Program-made: the position numbers and the translations under genes
NCBI RefSeq assembly: GCF_030384885.1
Contig: NZ_CP128613.1
Origin: Escherichia coli
Lineage (GTDB): Bacteria; Pseudomonadota; Gammaproteobacteria; Enterobacterales; Enterobacteriaceae
Direction: 5' to 3' (one strand)
DNA length: 64,000 bases
Notes under the pieces: generated by a model
The model's input: the letters and a program-made list of their open reading frames with translations, nothing else
Told to the model about the DNA's origin: nothing
The model's database searches: none
Shown: in pieces, positions 45,957 through 56,095 of the stretch
Layout: every line of letters starts with the position of its first letter
Numbering within the stretch: position 1 is the stretch's first letter

Positions 45957-48263
45957 TCAATACAACTCATCAAGTTTTCTCATCGCTTGTTCCCGTATTG
46001 CGCGCGTCTTACCGTTAAGCGCCAGCTGGCGAACTAAATCCAGTTCAGGGTTAACAAGCTCTAACGCCAGCAAAGGATCACGTTTCAGCCTCGCCTTTAA
46101 TACATCAACTGGAAAACGGGGATTATTCATCGCCACAATCCACCACTCGGGATCAATTTCTGCCGCCAGTACTGCAGGCGGTGTGTGGCGGTTGTTAAGT
46201 GCGCCGAACTTGAAAAATGTGAGATTGCTTTTCGCCAGTGTACTCCACCATATACGATCCGGTTGTTTTGCCAGTACATCCAGTTGTGCTAACGCATCGG
46301 GGTCGAGTGCATAATAAACACGTAACGCTTCGTTAACCTGCGCACGGGAACTGTTTTCCTGCCTCAGAAAAAACTTCGCCCAAATATCATTGCGTGGCGT
46401 GTTTTGCTGTAATTCCTTGAGAACAACAGCGGGTAAATTATCCCAACTAATTAATGCACTCTCTAAAAAGTCCCAGTCGTCCGAACGTATCAGAGAGGTG
46501 GCATTTAATAGCATCTGGTCATCAACTTCACCGTAGCTGATAAGCTCAGACAAAATCATATCAGCGCTGGTTTCATATGCATCTGAGTCTGCTTTGGGAT
46601 TATTTTTCCGATGCGATAAAGCACGTTGCCAAATTTTTTGTTTCATCGACGTGCTCAGATACTGATTTTTCGCCAGATTACTCCAACCCTCAGGATCGTT
46701 GAAACGTGTCAATAACCGTTGTAGAGCAGCGTCAGAGTGAATTTCCTGCATATCCCGACAGCAAAAGTAGGCAGGGGATTTTTTCTCCATCCTTTTAACA
46801 AAATTAAACTGTAAGTTATCTGGCAATGCTAAAAATAACACACGTATTAGATCATCGTCATTCTCGAATTTTTGGTATAAATATACTGCAACTTTGTCAC
46901 TCTCTTGTGGCGTCATCCGCAACAATTGACCATGGTGTTTCATCTCTGCCAGCTTTGACGCTAAGCTTGTGACAACATCGTTTGATGAATCGTTCGCCAA
47001 CTGCATTGCCTGATTGTAGGTGAGTTGTCCTCCAGCACCGACCTGACGAATAGAGGGATCATCACTGCGGATATAGCCATCAATAATGGATTCGGGCAAT
47101 AACCACGCATCTTTATAAAGCTCCTGAATGATCATATCCCAATCTCTTTTCGCCAGAGTCATGACGATATCCAGAGGGAGATTTTCACGTAGCGCAAGAT
47201 TCAACGGACCGACACCATCAGGTAGATGACTCATTCGCGTCATTATTTCGACAGAGAGCGGTTCACGGTCGAGCAACCCCAGAACAACAGGCTGGTAACC
47301 CAATTGCTGATCGGTCAACTCCAGAATCTCATTGTCAGGCATATATCTCGCCATACTTTCAATCGTTTGTCCATCATTGCTATTAATAAGTTGTTTGCGT
47401 AGGTTAGCTGAAATTCCTTTAATCCTTGGGAGAGTTCGCATTATGGCAAGATCAAATGTCGCAATATCTCGTCCTTCAAATGCAGCAACGTTGCCTTCAT
47501 CCAGCATTTGCAATTCCTGCACTAACTCAGGAGAAGGCTTAGGGCGAAACAGCGCTTCTTTTTTCATCAGACTACAGATATTCCCTGCCATGCGAATATT
47601 GCTTCGCTTAAAAATTTCTTTCAGAGCATCTTCATCATTTATTAGACCCCAATAATATGCATCAGGATTTATTATCATCAGCGCTTTTTTGACATTTTCA
47701 GTGTCATTTTTGTCACTCGCACGGACCATGAATTCACTATTTGTCGAAGACGCAACAACAGGTGCAATTATGTCATTGATAAATATCCCTCGCGCATTAA
47801 TACTCCCCTTAATCGTAGACGGATTATCGTAATATGAGTCGATAAATACCAGTCCACTTGCATTTATCGAACCGGTAATTAACAGTGGTGAATCCGTAAC
47901 TATATTCGTTGCCGTCACGTTACCGAGAATAACCCATGGATTAGAAAGAGATAAAGTGGAAATATTACCTTTGACTGTCAAATTGCCAAGAACAATCAAT
48001 TTTTGATTACTCTCTATATTACCGTCTACCACTAAATCGCCACGATGCACTTTCCAGTCCGATGCAGATAAACCGAAGGGGACAAGGTTCACGCTACTGT
48101 TGATAGCTTGTTCAACTTGTTGTTTATCTTCAGCGGTAGCCGCAGAAAAAAATGGTTCAATATCAACTGCATTTGCAACACATCGAAGGTCCGCCTGTAC
48201 TGGAAGACTCAGCATAAACAGGGGAAGTAAACCTATCCAGCTGCAAATCCTGGGCTTAAACAT
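45957..48263 (-). CDS. ydbD: Large uncharacterised secreted protein YdbD
   Basis: ORF 45957-48269 (770 aa from the first ATG; about 768 aa if the start is MFKPRICSWIGLLPLFMLSLPVQA); signal peptide; somewhat AT-rich. Confidence 0.75.
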   Translation of the reverse strand: MFKPRICSWIGLLPLFMLSLPVQADLRCVANAVDIEPFFSAATAEDKQQVEQAINSSVNLVPFGLSASDWKVHRGDLVVDGNIESNQKLIVLGNLTVKGNISTLSLSNPWVILGNVTATNIVTDSPLLITGSINASGLVFIDSYYDNPSTIKGSINARGIFINDIIAPVVASSTNSEFMVRASDKNDTENVKKALMIINPDAYYWGLINDEDALKEIFKRSNIRMAGNICSLMKKEALFRPKPSPELVQELQMLDEGNVAAFEGRDIATFDLAIMRTLPRIKGISANLRKQLINSNDGQTIESMARYMPDNEILELTDQQLGYQPVVLGLLDREPLSVEIMTRMSHLPDGVGPLNLALRENLPLDIVMTLAKRDWDMIIQELYKDAWLLPESIIDGYIRSDDPSIRQVGAGGQLTYNQAMQLANDSSNDVVTSLASKLAEMKHHGQLLRMTPQESDKVAVYLYQKFENDDDLIRVLFLALPDNLQFNFVKRMEKKSPAYFCCRDMQEIHSDAALQRLLTRFNDPEGWSNLAKNQYLSTSMKQKIWQRALSHRKNNPKADSDAYETSADMILSELISYGEVDDQMLLNATSLIRSDDWDFLESALISWDNLPAVVLKELQQNTPRNDIWAKFFLRQENSSRAQVNEALRVYYALDPDALAQLDVLAKQPDRIWWSTLAKSNLTFFKFGALNNRHTPPAVLAAEIDPEWWIVAMNNPRFPVDVLKARLKRDPLLALELVNPELDLVRQLALNGKTRAIREQAMRKLDELY

Positions 48264-48326
48264 ATGCACTCCATGCCATTAAAAAAGAAACAAAAGGGAA
48301 ATGCATCTTTCCCTTTTGTATATTCG

Positions 48327-49187
48327 TTATTCTCGCGAAATACCGTCCAACGTAGACAACACGTCCGCAGAAAGATGCAATTTTTCTGCGGCCATATTCT
48401 CCCGTAAATGAGCAACAGAAGACGTTCCTGGGATCAGCAAAATATTCGGTGAACGTTGTAACAGCCACGCCAGCGCCACCTGCATTGGTGTTGCACCCAG
48501 GCTCGCAGCAACATCGGAAAGCGTGGAGGATTGCAGCGGCGTAAAGCCCCCGAGCGGAAAGAACGGCACGTAGGCAATGCCGTCACGAGCCAAAGCATCA
48601 ATCATTGCGTCATCAGCACGATGAGCAATGTTGTATTCGTTCTGCACACAGACGATTTCGGTAATCTTACGCGCCTCTGCAACCTGCGTCGTTGTTACAT
48701 TGCTCAGGCCAATATGTTTTACCAGGCCTTGTTGTTGCATCTCTGCCAGCACGGTCAGGCTGGCTTCAATCGATCCTTCCGCTGGGCCATGACCATCCCC
48801 CATCATAACGCGCAGGTTAACCACATCCAGTACGTCCAGCCCGAGATTACGTAGATTATCGTGCACCGCTTTTTGCAGCTCTGCCGGAGAAAATGCGGGC
48901 AACCAGGATGCGTTCTCTCCACGCCGCGCACCAATTTTAGTGACAATTGTCAGATCGTCAGAGTAAGGATAAAGCGCTTCGCGGATAATCTGATTGGTGA
49001 CGTGCGGACCATAAAAGTCACTGGTATCAATGTGATTGACGCCCAATGCTAGCGCCTCGCGCAGAACGGTTATAGCGACGTGGCGATCTCTGGGCGGGCC
49101 GAAAACCCCAGGACCTGCCAGTTGCATCGCGCCATAACCAAGACGGTTAACGGATTTTGTACCGAGAGTAAATGTGTTGCTGCTCAT
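48327..49187 (-). CDS. ydbC: Aldo/keto reductase YdbC
   Basis: 286-aa ORF with AKR-family motifs. Confidence 0.88.
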   Translation of the reverse strand: MSSNTFTLGTKSVNRLGYGAMQLAGPGVFGPPRDRHVAITVLREALALGVNHIDTSDFYGPHVTNQIIREALYPYSDDLTIVTKIGARRGENASWLPAFSPAELQKAVHDNLRNLGLDVLDVVNLRVMMGDGHGPAEGSIEASLTVLAEMQQQGLVKHIGLSNVTTTQVAEARKITEIVCVQNEYNIAHRADDAMIDALARDGIAYVPFFPLGGFTPLQSSTLSDVAASLGATPMQVALAWLLQRSPNILLIPGTSSVAHLRENMAAEKLHLSADVLSTLDGISRE

Positions 49188-49340
49188 CGCACCCTGCCCT
49201 GTAATAAAACGGATTAAGAAAAATCAGTATAGAAACGAAAAGAGTTAAATAATGCGAAGGCGTAAACAAGATTACTGGATGAGTTCCTCTATTGTCCTGA
49301 AAAACACCAAAACAAAACGCGTCAAGCGCCGCATCCGGCA

Positions 49341-49378
49341 ATAAAAAACCGCAACCTGTATCAGCGTTGCGGTTTATG
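49341..49378 (-). terminator. Intrinsic terminator downstream of ydbA, flanked by a REP-like half-site
   Basis: Minus strand hairpin ccgcaacgctgatacaggttgcgg followed by tttttt; the adjacent gcgccgcatccggc (49327-49339) resembles a REP half. Confidence 0.6.
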
Positions 49379-49394
49379 CATCACATACTAAAAA

Positions 49395-52300
49395 TTAGAA
49401 CGTTTTCTTGAAGTTCAGCATCACACCTTTATCGCTGATACCATCCTCTTTCCAGTGGTAAGCATCCAGATTCAGCGAGCTCTCTTTGCTGCTGTACTTC
49501 ACGCCGACGCTTGCCAGGCTGTTGATACCGCCGCCCTTTTGCCCATCATCGACATTAAAGTGCTGGCTGCCTGCGCCTGCCAGGCTTGCCGTGCGCTGGC
49601 TCTTCGTGTAGCTCAGGTTTGGCCCACCTTCCAGCGTGGCGTTCGCACTCCAGCCGTCTTTGCCTGCGTAGTCCAGCTTCAGCCCAACGATGCTGTCCAC
49701 CGCCGTTTCGCTGCCGCTGTTCATACTCAGGTTAAAGTCTCCGGCATTACGCTCCTGATAACCGCCTTCCAGCGTGTGACGCAGTTTCACACTCGCATAT
49801 GGCGTGATTTTCAGCCCTTCGCGCGGTTCAAAGGTTTTCGCCCCTTCGCTGCGGAACTCCAGGTACTGCTGTTTCACATTCGTGTCTGCCGTCTTACTGA
49901 TGTCGCCGTAAGCCACCGAACGGCTGCTGTCCAGTTGGTGGATATCGTAACGCAGCGCGTTATTCCAGCTCATACCGTTGTCAAAGGACATCTGATGCTT
50001 CAGGCCAAAGAACTGGCTGTAGCCGCCTGTAACACCGTTATCACCCGCTTTCTGCGCACCGTCGCCGTCCAGACGGGCGATACCGTACTCCAGGCTCATG
50101 GTCTGGTTTTCGCTCAGGTCGAGGGTTTTGCGCAGCGCCAGCATGTCGTACTCGGTATTATTCCCCAGCTCTGCACGCGGATCGCCTTTCGCCACCACGT
50201 TAAATGCCAGACCGTTGCCCATCTTCGGTGCGGCGTCTGCCAGCATACTAAAGCGATTGCTTAACACACGCGCTTCGCGGAATACCGTGGTCGCCTGGCT
50301 ACCGCTAATTTGCTTAAGTGCGCTGTTCAGCTCTGCAGTGGTGCCGACGTTCAGACTGGTATACAGCTCATTGTTGGTGTAACCCGCATCCAGCGCTTTT
50401 GCCACGTCATTCACTGAGGCATCCGTCGCCACATCGGTGTAGGCTTTTTTGCTCATGGTCACGTCAACGTTGCCGCTGGCGTCGGTACTGCCTGTCGCCT
50501 GCCAGACAACAGATGTCGAAGTGATCGCTTGCGCATCGGTCAGGTTGCTGCCTTGCACCACATCATCAAAGCTGACGGTTTTGTCCACCGTTCCCGCCGC
50601 AAAAGCGGTGTTGATCTCCACGCCATTCATACTGGCGTTATTGACCATCAGCTTACCGGCGCTACCGTCGGCGTTCGTCCCCACCACGTAACCATTGAGG
50701 TTGTTCATGCCATCGTTGCGGCTAACGGAAGAAGAATGGCTGCCGTCGTATGGCGTAATGGTGGGTTCTTCCGGCGCGGTAAAGTCGACATAGTGTACTT
50801 CCGTACCGTCTCCCCCTTCGCCACTGCCCTCTATCGGCGTGCCAGATTGTTTAATCAATCCGGAACCATTCACGTTGTCGTCAATATAAACAGTGCCGTT
50901 GTTAACAATATGACCATTGCTCCCGAGCTTGCTGAAGGCGAAGGAGTTATTGGCGTAGATATTAATCGTACCGTTGTTTTCAACCACACCATCCGCTTTG
51001 GCGTCCGATGCTAATTGCATCCCAATCATGCCTGTTTGTGTCGTGCCTTCGCTGCCGACATTGATGGTGCCATTGTTAACCATTTTTGCGCTGCCGTGCG
51101 CATTCATGGCGATGGTATTATTTTTATCAATATTGATAGTGCCATCGTTAATTGCCCGGCTACCGGCGTTATTATTTGACGTCGTAACCTGGCCGTTAAT
51201 CACACCTGTCGTACCGTTATACAATGTATGCCCATTACCGCCGGTAGCGATATCAGCATCCCCATTCACTGTACCCCAGTTGTTGAAATGCCCAGCCCAA
51301 AGTCCGTTATCAAGAAGATCGACAACACCACCGTCCAGGTTATTGAAGGTCGCGTTTTTATCAACCGAACCACTATGAACCGTTCCTGCGTTATTGAATG
51401 TGGCTGCGGCAGAAAAATTCACTTTATTGACCGTTCCACCCGCTTCGTTATTCATCACGGCAGAAGCAGAGGCTCCCTTCCATGCTGTTACCGTCCCGGC
51501 GTTATAAAACGTACTGGCCCATTGTTCAACAGTGTTGATAGTGCCGGAGTTGTTGATAACAGAACCCGCAACGGTTGTACCTACTTGCCCGGTCACTACA
51601 CCTTCGTTAGTAAACACGCCGCCATCCACAGAAACGGTTTTTGTCGTGCCCTGGTTGGTGTATTCCCCACCCGTTGCAATATCAACCTCGTTTATACTGC
51701 CCGTGGTTTCATTGACCAGATGACCAAAGTCAGCCACGGTGACAGGCCCTCCGGTTACGGTACCCGCGTTGGTTACCAGGGTTTCAGCGGTCGCTATCAT
51801 ATCAGTAGAACCACCGGATGAAGACAGGTTAAGCGTCTCCCCCTCGGCCGTAATGATATCGCCGTTTCTCCAGCTTAATGAAACGAACCCATCAGTCGGG
51901 TTATAGGCGTTACTGTCCTGGCATATACCAAAAGTACAGATGGTTCCGTAATTAACGATAGTCCCGCTGCCATCGTTATAGAATGCCTGCCCGTTTTCAG
52001 CATTGATATTGATGATGCCCGTCTGGTCATTAACTGCGGTACCGCCACTATAAACTGCCATACCAACGAGTTTATTCGCCCCCAGGCTGCCATCAAAGTT
52101 CTCATTCTTCTCGAGGTTGATGGTACCCTGATTAACCACCGTATTATCGGTACCGTATGCTGCCATCCCAGCACCTGCATTATAGATAGTGATAGTACCT
52201 GACTGCTGGTTAAGCGCGGTAGCATTTTGCCTTGCGCCACCATAACTGTCCGTTCCTACCGCCATGCCGACACCATAATTTTTTGCATTGCTGCTGCCGA

Positions 52301-54932
52301 TATCGTTGCGTAAGGTGGTGGTATCGTTTTCATCTACCCAGATCGTATCCAGGGTAATCTGGCCTGCATTTGTTACAGTCGAATGATTAATCGCCAGCAT
52401 ACCGACATTACCCCGGCCATACATATCAATAACGCCATTCGCACCATTTAGCGCTGAACCATTATCCTGAGCAGTCATGCCCGTCATACTAACAACGCCA
52501 CTATTAAAAACCGTGGGATCGCTCAATGACAAAGCATTGAACATATTCAAAACGCTATACTGTTCCATCACTTTAGCCGTAATGGTACCGTTATTCACCG
52601 CCGTCCCACCTTCGGAGCTAAAGAAGGCTTTATTACCGGATTCCGGCGATACATCAATTGCGGATGAGTAATCATATTGCTCAAGTAAAACATTACCGTT
52701 ATTCGTTGCAACGGAACCCGTACCCGATATATTGGTAAACCCCATATTCCAGAGCTCAACAAACCCGTTATTGATAACTTGTGACCCTGAACTGACGCTA
52801 AGTATTTCTGATGGGTTATTGCCATAATGCGCGTAAACGTCAATATCCTTCATACTGAAGGTCGCATCCTCCGTGATTTCAAGAAAAGCATTATTGCTTA
52901 CCTGAATAATATTTGCATAGCCCAGCGGAAATTGACCGCTGACTGAGGAGTCTCCTCCCAGATAAACCGACGAATGACCATCAACCTTAATGAGCGGAAT
53001 ATCACCATAGCCCGTACGACTTGCGGCTGGGACTGAACCATCCGTCATAGCCGATGCTTCACCGAAAAGTTGAATACCCCCCCGTAAGGTAACGCTATTT
53101 TCATCCCCTGAAATCACCAACCCACTGATGTTTTCTTGGCTACCATTGACAGTACTATAGGTGTGATGCGCAAGTTCGCTATCAACCTTCAATGTTAACT
53201 GACCATCCAGCGTCAGGTCATTATTGTTACCCGAAACACGAATACCTACGGAAGAATCGAAAAAGTGTTCTGCTGCATTATCAGTCGTCTGATCTTTATC
53301 CACCATAATATTACCGGTAATTTCAACTTCATTGCCATCACCGGCCACATTTACCCCTGTAGCAACACTGCCAGTCACATTAAGCTCATTCGTTGCCAGC
53401 GTCATGGTGTTATTATTTCCAGACACATCCAGACCGGTTGAATAATCCCCAACATCCATACGGCCAGCCAGAGAAATTTCGCCCCCATCTCCAACAACGC
53501 GAATCCCGGTACTGGCATTTCTGGCAGTGATATCCCCCACATTGATAAGAGTAGAATGATTACCCTCAATCAGAATCCCTGTCGCATTGGCCTCTGAACT
53601 ACCATTACTGACGGAAATATCCCCCCTGTTAATGAACGTCGACGCATCACCACTGAGAGAAACACCCAGCGAATTTTCATCCACGACCGTTATATTGCCT
53701 TTGTTGCTGACGATCGCGCCATTACCCTCAACATCAATACCCCGAGCAGCATTGCTAACGTATAAATCCCCTTCCTGTATAACCGTCGCATTATTACCAA
53801 CGATTTTGCTGCCCGTTGAATTTTGCCCATCAACCGTCATATGTCCTTTATTATCGGTCCTGACATCATTACCGATAATAAGGGCCCCTGTTCCACCATT
53901 ATTGACGGTGGAGTCGCCAGTGTTATTTAAGATTGTACGATCGCCATTAACGATAACCGCCGTGCCAGCATCGACCACCGTCTGACCGTTATTATTAATG
54001 GTTATATTATCGCCGGTCAGGATACCGACCACCGAATCTTCACCGACAGCCTCTGTTTTACCCTCGTTTGTCAGCGCAATGTTGTCACCATTAATCATCA
54101 TCACTGTACCGCCATTCAGGGCCGTGTTGCCGCCCTGGTCAGTGATAATTGCATCATTAACGGTAATTATTCTGCCCGTTGTTCCATCAGACACGACGCT
54201 GGCTAACTGTGTGACGTGGAGTTTACCTTCGTCATCATAGCGCCATTCCGTATCACCAGTGGTACTCACTCCACTAAAGATGGCGGTATGAGTCTCTTCA
54301 TGGTTTTCCCACTCAGTCACAATGGTTTTTCGGCCATCTTTTGCCGTCAGCGTGTAGCTACCATCTTCATTTTGGGTATAAGTGAACGTCGCCCCGCGAA
54401 TCTTCAAGGTTTGCGCGTCCTTGTCCCATGTCACATTGTTTTCAAAGACAACGGGTTCTGTTCTCGGGGGGTCAACATCATCATCGCTATTGTCGGGTGG
54501 AGTAACATCACCGCCTTTATCTGGGGGGGTAACATCATCGGCGTTATCTGGCTTTACAGGTATATCTGAATCTTCATCACTGGGAAGGGGTGGCGGTAGA
54601 GAGCCATTATCATCTGGCGGTATGGGCTGGGAAAAAGAAGAGTGAGCAGAATGATCATTGTCATGAGACAATTCAATCACTGCGAGTGTTGCCAGTACCG
54701 CCGTGGCACCTAATGCCAGTAACGAGCTGAAACCATTATTTGTAACAACAGCACATTTTTCTGGCACTGTTTTCAACTTCATTGACGGTCGGGCGTGCCC
54801 TTCTGACTGACATGTCATTTGAGAGCTTCTGCGCATACTGTCTGCACTCTCGCCTTCTGTTATTTCCGCCCCCCAGCTTTGGCCACTTAACGCTATAGCG
54901 ATACACGCTGATAATAACGTTTTCTTTTGCAT
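49395..54932 (-). CDS. ydbA: Autotransporter YdbA, uninterrupted 1845-aa reading frame (beta-helical passenger plus C-terminal beta-barrel translocator)
   Basis: Signal peptide; Pro/Asp-rich N-terminal repeats; long Gly/Asn/Thr-rich degenerate repeats typical of beta-helix passengers; C-terminus ends ...MLNFKKTF (terminal aromatic) as in autotransporter barrels. One continuous ORF, no IS sequences inside. Confidence 0.85.
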   Translation of the reverse strand: MQKKTLLSACIAIALSGQSWGAEITEGESADSMRRSSQMTCQSEGHARPSMKLKTVPEKCAVVTNNGFSSLLALGATAVLATLAVIELSHDNDHSAHSSFSQPIPPDDNGSLPPPLPSDEDSDIPVKPDNADDVTPPDKGGDVTPPDNSDDDVDPPRTEPVVFENNVTWDKDAQTLKIRGATFTYTQNEDGSYTLTAKDGRKTIVTEWENHEETHTAIFSGVSTTGDTEWRYDDEGKLHVTQLASVVSDGTTGRIITVNDAIITDQGGNTALNGGTVMMINGDNIALTNEGKTEAVGEDSVVGILTGDNITINNNGQTVVDAGTAVIVNGDRTILNNTGDSTVNNGGTGALIIGNDVRTDNKGHMTVDGQNSTGSKIVGNNATVIQEGDLYVSNAARGIDVEGNGAIVSNKGNITVVDENSLGVSLSGDASTFINRGDISVSNGSSEANATGILIEGNHSTLINVGDITARNASTGIRVVGDGGEISLAGRMDVGDYSTGLDVSGNNNTMTLATNELNVTGSVATGVNVAGDGNEVEITGNIMVDKDQTTDNAAEHFFDSSVGIRVSGNNNDLTLDGQLTLKVDSELAHHTYSTVNGSQENISGLVISGDENSVTLRGGIQLFGEASAMTDGSVPAASRTGYGDIPLIKVDGHSSVYLGGDSSVSGQFPLGYANIIQVSNNAFLEITEDATFSMKDIDVYAHYGNNPSEILSVSSGSQVINNGFVELWNMGFTNISGTGSVATNNGNVLLEQYDYSSAIDVSPESGNKAFFSSEGGTAVNNGTITAKVMEQYSVLNMFNALSLSDPTVFNSGVVSMTGMTAQDNGSALNGANGVIDMYGRGNVGMLAINHSTVTNAGQITLDTIWVDENDTTTLRNDIGSSNAKNYGVGMAVGTDSYGGARQNATALNQQSGTITIYNAGAGMAAYGTDNTVVNQGTINLEKNENFDGSLGANKLVGMAVYSGGTAVNDQTGIININAENGQAFYNDGSGTIVNYGTICTFGICQDSNAYNPTDGFVSLSWRNGDIITAEGETLNLSSSGGSTDMIATAETLVTNAGTVTGGPVTVADFGHLVNETTGSINEVDIATGGEYTNQGTTKTVSVDGGVFTNEGVVTGQVGTTVAGSVINNSGTINTVEQWASTFYNAGTVTAWKGASASAVMNNEAGGTVNKVNFSAAATFNNAGTVHSGSVDKNATFNNLDGGVVDLLDNGLWAGHFNNWGTVNGDADIATGGNGHTLYNGTTGVINGQVTTSNNNAGSRAINDGTINIDKNNTIAMNAHGSAKMVNNGTINVGSEGTTQTGMIGMQLASDAKADGVVENNGTINIYANNSFAFSKLGSNGHIVNNGTVYIDDNVNGSGLIKQSGTPIEGSGEGGDGTEVHYVDFTAPEEPTITPYDGSHSSSVSRNDGMNNLNGYVVGTNADGSAGKLMVNNASMNGVEINTAFAAGTVDKTVSFDDVVQGSNLTDAQAITSTSVVWQATGSTDASGNVDVTMSKKAYTDVATDASVNDVAKALDAGYTNNELYTSLNVGTTAELNSALKQISGSQATTVFREARVLSNRFSMLADAAPKMGNGLAFNVVAKGDPRAELGNNTEYDMLALRKTLDLSENQTMSLEYGIARLDGDGAQKAGDNGVTGGYSQFFGLKHQMSFDNGMSWNNALRYDIHQLDSSRSVAYGDISKTADTNVKQQYLEFRSEGAKTFEPREGLKITPYASVKLRHTLEGGYQERNAGDFNLSMNSGSETAVDSIVGLKLDYAGKDGWSANATLEGGPNLSYTKSQRTASLAGAGSQHFNVDDGQKGGGINSLASVGVKYSSKESSLNLDAYHWKEDGISDKGVMLNFKKTF

Positions 54933-55578
54933 GAGAAATCCTTTTCAATGAATGACATTTCAAATAATAAAATATGAGTAACAGATAAGAAATAGCCACA
55001 GGCTGTGTCATGATTTAATGTCTGCTCTTGAAATTTTATTTAGCAATCCCAGAACATTCAACTTAATTAGTATTTCGAAACCTCAATGCAGACACATAAA
55101 AAACAAATTATTCGATTACTTAGGCTATTTGTTGCATTAATACACATCCTCTAACAATAATCAGACAAAAAGCAATGTCAGCGTCAAATTGGGTAGCTGA
55201 TTCATATTACTGATCACTCCGTAAATTCATTCATCGTGAAAATATTAACATTTAAACCATGTTCCATTTAATCAACCCACTGAAAATCTGGAGGTTATCT
55301 ACTGCGGTTTGTTGTTGACTGCCCCTGATAGGATTACCAGGCGTTGACAGAAGATGAGGCTTGCAAGATGCTAAAAACAATGTGGTGTTACAAGCAATCC
55401 CATAAACCTCGTAACTTCACTTAAATGAGCGATGCCGTCCATATTTGGGTTGACTATAAAAATCCTTAATATTGAGGTTGATGATGATATTCATGATGGC
55501 GTTGGAAAAATAGGACACCCATAAAATATCTATACAGCCTTTAAATTAAATCATTGAAATATCGCTGTTGCATAGTGC

Positions 55579-55905
55579 TTATTTTTGCAACCATTTTCCG
55601 TTAATTCCCTGCACATATTCCCCCGGTTTGGCCCGAGCTACAAGCTTTTGTCCGGCAAGCTTCGCGATATCATCTACCGATACATTATTTTGCTTTGCCA
55701 GTTGTTGATAACTCACTTTACGTGCGGCATTAATCTCGGTTACTAATTTCTCTGTTTCAGCATCCGTTTTCAACGCAACCAAATAACCATAAAATGTTTC
55801 ACCTACCCGCCCCTGAGTTCTGGCTTCATCCAGAGTCAATGCCATTACATTGCTGCTTACCAGCCCAACAAGAAACGCACAAAGAAGTAATGTTTTCTTC
55901 ATCAT
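55579..55905 (-). CDS. ydbL: YdbL (DUF1318) periplasmic protein
   Basis: ORF 55579-55983; start at MKKTLLLCAFLVGLVSSNVMA gives 108 aa with signal peptide. Confidence 0.82.
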   Translation of the reverse strand: MMKKTLLLCAFLVGLVSSNVMALTLDEARTQGRVGETFYGYLVALKTDAETEKLVTEINAARKVSYQQLAKQNNVSVDDIAKLAGQKLVARAKPGEYVQGINGKWLQK

Positions 55906-55909
55906 CGCC

Positions 55910-56095
55910 TCAGAAAAGATCGCTACGAGTTTCAAGCAGCTCTTCGACATCTTTGTCTGCCTTGATGATGATCTCATGCTCAATTTTAACGTTCATATTG
56001 ATAGTGATCGGTTCCTTAGGTGCAGCGACTTCAATGCGAGGCGTACAGCCAACCAGCATAAAAGATGACGTCAACGCAGCCAGTAAAATTTTCAT
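55910..56095 (-). CDS. ynbE: Small lipoprotein YnbE
   Basis: 61-aa ORF with lipobox (MLVGCT); overlaps the ydbH stop by 4 nt. Confidence 0.82.
   Translation of the reverse strand: MKILLAALTSSFMLVGCTPRIEVAAPKEPITINMNVKIEHEIIIKADKDVEELLETRSDLF

Noticed and set aside
49455-54645. Multiple 60-270-aa ORFs on the + strand
   Set aside because: All are antisense to the ydbA autotransporter; the repetitive Gly/Asn/Thr codons create long stop-free antisense frames.
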